Below, piece by piece: positions 60,025 through 64,000 of a stretch of 64,000 nt of DNA; positions within the stretch are counted from its first letter, which is position 1, and every line of letters begins with the position of its first letter. Both the position numbers and the translations under genes were made by a program. The stretch is from an uncultured bacterium. GTDB lineage: Bacteria > Bacillota_I > Bacilli_A > RFN20 > CAG-826. The DNA lies in assembly GCA_949285325.1 (NCBI GenBank), contig CASDYZ010000007.1, positions 17,215 to 81,214 on the forward strand. Direction: 5' to 3'. Under the pieces are notes generated by a model. That model saw nothing but the letters and a program-made list of their open reading frames with translations, was not told the origin of the DNA and did no database searches.

Positions 60025-60096
60025 TCAACAATTATTTGTTGAGATAACTATTTGTTGAGATAACTCTTTTACATGGGTGTGCGTGTGTGGTAATAT
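60025..60096 (+). promoter_or_regulatory. ppdK promoter with upstream tandem/inverted repeat
   Basis: TTTACA-17-TAATAT (extended -10); TATTTGTTGAGATAAC twice at 60033-60064; TCAACAA-N4-TTGTTGA inverted repeat at 60025-60042. Confidence 0.65.
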
Positions 60097-60142
60097 ATTA
60101 TGCGGAAATGCAATTATGCATATAGCCACAGGAGGAAAAGTA

Positions 60143-62779
60143 ATGGCTGATAAAAGATACGTTTATGCCTTCAAAGATGCCTATGGATTAGGCAAAGAAC
60201 TTCTCGGAGGCAAAGGTGCAGGTTTAGCGGAAATGACCCACATCAATATTCCGATTCCACAAGGTTTTACAATCACCACAGAAGCTTGCACACTTTACTA
60301 TCAAAATAGTAAAAAATTGCCAGACTATCTAGTGAAAGAAATTTTCGAAAATGTTCACAAAATCGAAAAAGATTCTGGCAAAACATTCGGTGGAGATACC
60401 GATCCACTTCTCGTCTCAGTCCGTTCTGGCGCGCGTGTTAGTATGCCAGGTATGATGGACACAATTTTAAACTTAGGTTTAAACGATAAAACAGTCGCTG
60501 CCTTAGTTAAAAAGACAGGCAATGAAAGATTTGCGTATGACTGCTACAGACGTTTCATCTTAATGTTCACTAACATCGCAAAAGGTCATCCACGTGATGA
60601 TATGGACAAAATGTTAGACGAATTAAAAGAAAAGAATGGTTACAAATTAGATACTGAAGTAACCGCAGAACAATTAAAAGATTTAGTTAAAGAATACAAA
60701 GCTTACTACAAGAAAACTTTTGGTGAAGAATTCCCAACTGATCCATACGATCAATTAATTGAAGCAGTAACCGCTGTCTTCCGTTCATGGGACAACCCAA
60801 GAGCAAATGTTTATCGTAAGATGAACAACATCCCATATGAATGGGGCACCGCCGTTAACGTCCAATCAATGGTCTTTGGTAACATGGGTGAATCAAGTGG
60901 TACAGGCGTCGCCTTCTCACGTTCTCCTTCAACCGGTGAAGCAAAAGTCTTTGCAGAATATTTACCAAATGCTCAAGGCGAAGACGTCGTCGCTGGTATT
61001 CGTACTCCATTACACATCGAAGAACTCGAAAAGAGAATGCCAGATGTCTATAAACAATTCATCGAAACTATCAAAGGTATGGAACACCATTACCGCGATA
61101 TGCAAGATATGGAATTCACTGTCGAAGAAGGTAAATTATATTTCTTACAAACAAGAAATGGTAAGAGAACTGCCGCGGCAGCGTTAAAGATTGCTTGCGA
61201 TTTAGTAGATGAAGGTTTAATCACTCCAGAAGAAGCTGTCTGTAGAGTTGAACCAAACGCATTAGATAGTTTATTACACCCAAGCTTTGACCCAGCAGAA
61301 TTAAAACAATTAAAACCAATTGGTGTTGGTCTTCCTGCTTCACCAGGTGCTGGTACAGGACACCTCTCATTCGATGCGGCTGATGCGAAAGCAAGACACG
61401 CTAATGGGGAAAAGGTTGTATTAGTTCGTGCTGAAACCTCACCAGAAGATATTGAAGGTATGGTGTCAAGTGAAGGTATTCTCACCAAACGTGGTGGTAT
61501 GACTTCTCACGCTGCTGTCGTTGCCCGTGGTATGGGTAAATGCTGTGTCGCTGGTTGTTCAGACGCGATTATCGATGAAGAAAACAAAACTCTTGAACTC
61601 AATGGTGTTATATATCATGAAAATGATACTATCTCACTCGATGGTTCAACAGGTTATGTATACGCTGGCTCAGTCAAAACTGTCGACCCAGAATTAACTG
61701 GTTACTTCGGCCGTATTATGAAATGGGCTGATGAATTCCGTGATTTAAAAGTTCGCGCGAATGCTGATACTCCAAAAGACGCTATTCAAGCAGCTAAATT
61801 TGGTGCTCAAGGCATCGGGCTTTGCCGTACAGAACATATGTTCTTTGAAAAAGATCGTATCTTCCACATGAGAAAGATGATTCTTTCTGACAATGTCGAA
61901 TATCGTGAAGCAGCACTTAACGAACTTCTTCCTTATCAAAGAGATGACTTCTATAAATTATATATGGCGATGGATGGTAAAAACGTCAATGTTCGTTTAT
62001 TAGATCCACCTCTCCACGAATTCCTTCCACAAGAAGAAGACAAGATTGAAGAACTTGCAAATGCATTACATATGAGTGCTCAACAAGTTAAAGACCGTAT
62101 CTCATATTTACACGAATTTAACCCAATGATGGGTCACCGTGGTTGCCGTCTTGATGTCTCTTACCCAGAAATTGGTAGAATGCAAGCACGTGCAATTATT
62201 GAAGCAGCTTTAAAAGCACAAAAAGATATGGGTAAACCTGTTACTCCTGAAATTATGATTCCATTAACATTAGATGTTAAAGAATTTAGATTTGTCAAGA
62301 GTATCATCACCGAAGAAGCAGATAAAGTTATCAAAGAATCTGGTGAAAAAATGACATATAAAGTTGGCACGATGATTGAAATCCCACGTGCTGCGTTATT
62401 GTCTGGTGAAATTGGTAAAGAAGCTGCCTTCTATTCATTTGGCACTAACGACTTAACACAAATGACGTTCGGTTTCTCTCGTGATGACGCTGGTAAATTC
62501 TTACCTGATTATTACAAGAACAAAATCCTCGAACAAGATCCATTTGCTACAGTCGACCAAAAAGGTGTTGGTAAACTCATCAAAATGGCGGTCGCTGATG
62601 GTAGAGAAGTCAATCCTGACTTACACATCGGTGTCTGTGGTGAACATGGTGGTGAACCAGTCTCAGTCGAATTCTTCCACCGCGCTGGATTAGATTATGT
62701 TTCTTGCTCACCATTTAGAGTGCCTGTAGCACGTTTAGCCGCCGCGCAAGCTGCGATTAAATATCCAAGAAAAAAATAA
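60143..62779 (+). CDS. ppdK: Pyruvate, phosphate dikinase
   Basis: LGGKGAGLAEM, SVRSGA..SMPGMMDT, GGMTSHAAVVARG, GLCRTEHMFF, GTNDLTQ, CGEHGG; SD AGGAGG. Confidence 0.98.
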   Translation: MADKRYVYAFKDAYGLGKELLGGKGAGLAEMTHINIPIPQGFTITTEACTLYYQNSKKLPDYLVKEIFENVHKIEKDSGKTFGGDTDPLLVSVRSGARVSMPGMMDTILNLGLNDKTVAALVKKTGNERFAYDCYRRFILMFTNIAKGHPRDDMDKMLDELKEKNGYKLDTEVTAEQLKDLVKEYKAYYKKTFGEEFPTDPYDQLIEAVTAVFRSWDNPRANVYRKMNNIPYEWGTAVNVQSMVFGNMGESSGTGVAFSRSPSTGEAKVFAEYLPNAQGEDVVAGIRTPLHIEELEKRMPDVYKQFIETIKGMEHHYRDMQDMEFTVEEGKLYFLQTRNGKRTAAAALKIACDLVDEGLITPEEAVCRVEPNALDSLLHPSFDPAELKQLKPIGVGLPASPGAGTGHLSFDAADAKARHANGEKVVLVRAETSPEDIEGMVSSEGILTKRGGMTSHAAVVARGMGKCCVAGCSDAIIDEENKTLELNGVIYHENDTISLDGSTGYVYAGSVKTVDPELTGYFGRIMKWADEFRDLKVRANADTPKDAIQAAKFGAQGIGLCRTEHMFFEKDRIFHMRKMILSDNVEYREAALNELLPYQRDDFYKLYMAMDGKNVNVRLLDPPLHEFLPQEEDKIEELANALHMSAQQVKDRISYLHEFNPMMGHRGCRLDVSYPEIGRMQARAIIEAALKAQKDMGKPVTPEIMIPLTLDVKEFRFVKSIITEEADKVIKESGEKMTYKVGTMIEIPRAALLSGEIGKEAAFYSFGTNDLTQMTFGFSRDDAGKFLPDYYKNKILEQDPFATVDQKGVGKLIKMAVADGREVNPDLHIGVCGEHGGEPVSVEFFHRAGLDYVSCSPFRVPVARLAAAQAAIKYPRKK

Positions 62780-62801
62780 TTTAATTTAAATAAATGTTTT
62801 T

Positions 62802-62836
62802 ACTCCCTTAGTTCAATCAACTTTGGGAGTTTTTTT
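62802..62836 (+). terminator. ppdK terminator
   Basis: ACTCCC...GGGAGT-TTTTTT. Confidence 0.8.
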
Positions 62837-62844
62837 ATTGCATA

Positions 62845-62960
62845 AGAAAACCTCTCTAGAGAGAATAGAGAGGCCTTCTTTTTGTAATTTCTAAGAAAGG
62901 AGGGTAGAAAATTACAAAGATTAAAGGAAAAGAAACATGTCACAACAGAAAGTTTATTTA
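62845..62960 (-). ncRNA. Candidate sRNA with anti-SD loop
   Basis: TTGAAA-17-TATATT promoter (62994-62966); 13-bp hairpin with CCCTCCTTTCT loop; CCTCTCTA/TAGAGAGG-TTTT terminator; no convincing ORF. Confidence 0.55.
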
Positions 62961-63026
62961 CACATAATATAAAATATTTGTATTTCTTTTTCAATAAATA
63001 TAAAAATCATATATTAATATATGAAA

Positions 63027-63284
63027 TTAAAAGTTTTTTGATAAAAATGACGAATAAAAGACCATATTAAAATCAGGGTCTAAATATCCGACTTCTTTCT
63101 TGTTGATAATGATTGAACCATCATCATCAATATATCCAACTTCGATATCTTTTATGCTTAAAATACCTTCATCGTTCATATCCATGACTTTTTTACCACG
63201 AATATATATGACATTATCATCGATATATCCGATAGTTTCATCATCGACGATGACACTTTTACCAAAACATTGAATAAATAACAT
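63027..63284 (-). CDS. Small acidic beta-repeat hypothetical protein
   Basis: Starts 3 nt after the glmU stop; ~16-aa repeats containing (I/V)GY(I/L)D. Confidence 0.75.
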   Translation of the reverse strand: MLFIQCFGKSVIVDDETIGYIDDNVIYIRGKKVMDMNDEGILSIKDIEVGYIDDDGSIIINKKEVGYLDPDFNMVFYSSFLSKNF

Positions 63285-63286
63285 AA

Positions 63287-64000
63287 TTATTTCTTCTCTT
63301 TTTTTGAAAGGGCTTTATTTCTAATTTTTGTATAACCGCCAGCAATATTTTTTTGTTCAGGTCTAGTTATAGCTAATTCATCATAACAAATATCTTTTGT
63401 AATGACACTTCCCGCCGCGCTGAAAGATTGATCATCCATTTTAATAGGTGAGACAAGTATTGTTCCAGAACCGACAAAGCAGTGCTTACCAATATCAGTA
63501 TGGCTTTTATTCACCCCGTCGTAATTGGCGGTGACACTCATACAGCCGATATTAGTTGCTTCACCGACATTAGAGTCACCGATATATGATAAGTGAGCAC
63601 ATTTAACACCATTGTCAAATATAGCGTTTTTAAGTTCGACAAAATTACCAACTCGACAGTTGTTACCAATGATGGTATTAGCTCTAGTTTTAGTAAATGG
63701 ACCAACTTCATTATTGTCACCTATCGTCGTATCAAATAAATAAGATGCTATAACGTGATTGTTGTTGCCAATAATTGAATTTTGAATATAACAATTTGGG
63801 CCAATTAAATTTGAATGCCCAATTTTACTTTTCCCCGTAATAGTGGTGAAAGGTAAAATGACGGTGTCTTGTCCAATTTCTACATCTGGAGATATGTAGG
63901 TGGTATCAGGATCTTCCATCGATACACCAGAAAGCATTAATTTTTTATTTACTCTTTTTCTTATTACCTTCGCCGCATAGCTTAACTGCACTCTATCATT
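63287..64000 (-). CDS. glmU: GlmU, C-terminal acetyltransferase part (5' end lies outside the window)
   Basis: Hexapeptide repeats, GNFVELKNA, HLSYIGD, NYDG.NK, AAGSVITKD. Confidence 0.93.
   Translation of the reverse strand, partial: NDRVQLSYAAKVIRKRVNKKLMLSGVSMEDPDTTYISPDVEIGQDTVILPFTTITGKSKIGHSNLIGPNCYIQNSIIGNNNHVIASYLFDTTIGDNNEVGPFTKTRANTIIGNNCRVGNFVELKNAIFDNGVKCAHLSYIGDSNVGEATNIGCMSVTANYDGVNKSHTDIGKHCFVGSGTILVSPIKMDDQSFSAAGSVITKDICYDELAITRPEQKNIAGGYTKIRNKALSKKEKK

Noticed and set aside
60033..60064. Direct repeat as a CRISPR remnant
   Set aside because: Two adjacent 16-mers with no spacer and no cas genes
62894..62972. Plus-strand SD and 11-codon ORF (MSQQKVYLHII) as a type I toxin gene
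   Set aside because: Too short, not a TM peptide, the strong SD is far from the ATG, and it lies behind the ppdK terminator; the minus-strand sRNA reading fits better

Overview
AT-rich bacterial chromosome segment read with the standard genetic code (TGA is used as a stop, e.g. in ATGA overlaps). The gene content suggests a reduced-genome, probably host-associated member of the Bacilli (RFN20/RF39/Erysipelotrichales-like; this is inference). Most genes lie on the minus strand. Housekeeping genes dominate: asnS, tsaE-tsaB-rimI-tsaD, ung, degV, tmRNA, rpsF-ssb-rpsR, gdpP-rplI-dnaB-walJ-rlmH, pth-mfd-S4-tilS-ftsH-dusB-lysS, ppdK and a partial glmU. Accessory or lineage-specific content includes: a TPP riboswitch-controlled, N-terminally extended ThiT; a two-gene AbiL/RloAB-like defence pair with a repeated palindromic operator; scattered surface-polysaccharide genes (three GT4, Wzx, a TupA-like ATP-grasp, a Wzy/ligase-like protein); an oppABCDF operon ending in a translationally coupled BspA-type LRR surface protein; a PII-like protein with a CPA2 antiporter; and a MarR-regulated heterodimeric ABC exporter. 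Not shown in the ORF track: two small ORFs (48 and 46 aa), the tmRNA tag, an S6:S18 leader, about six apparently leaderless genes, and a candidate ~115-nt sRNA (62845-62960, minus) with its own promoter and terminator whose hairpin loop matches the 16S anti-Shine-Dalgarno tail. No integrase, transposase, CRISPR, rRNA or tRNA was found.
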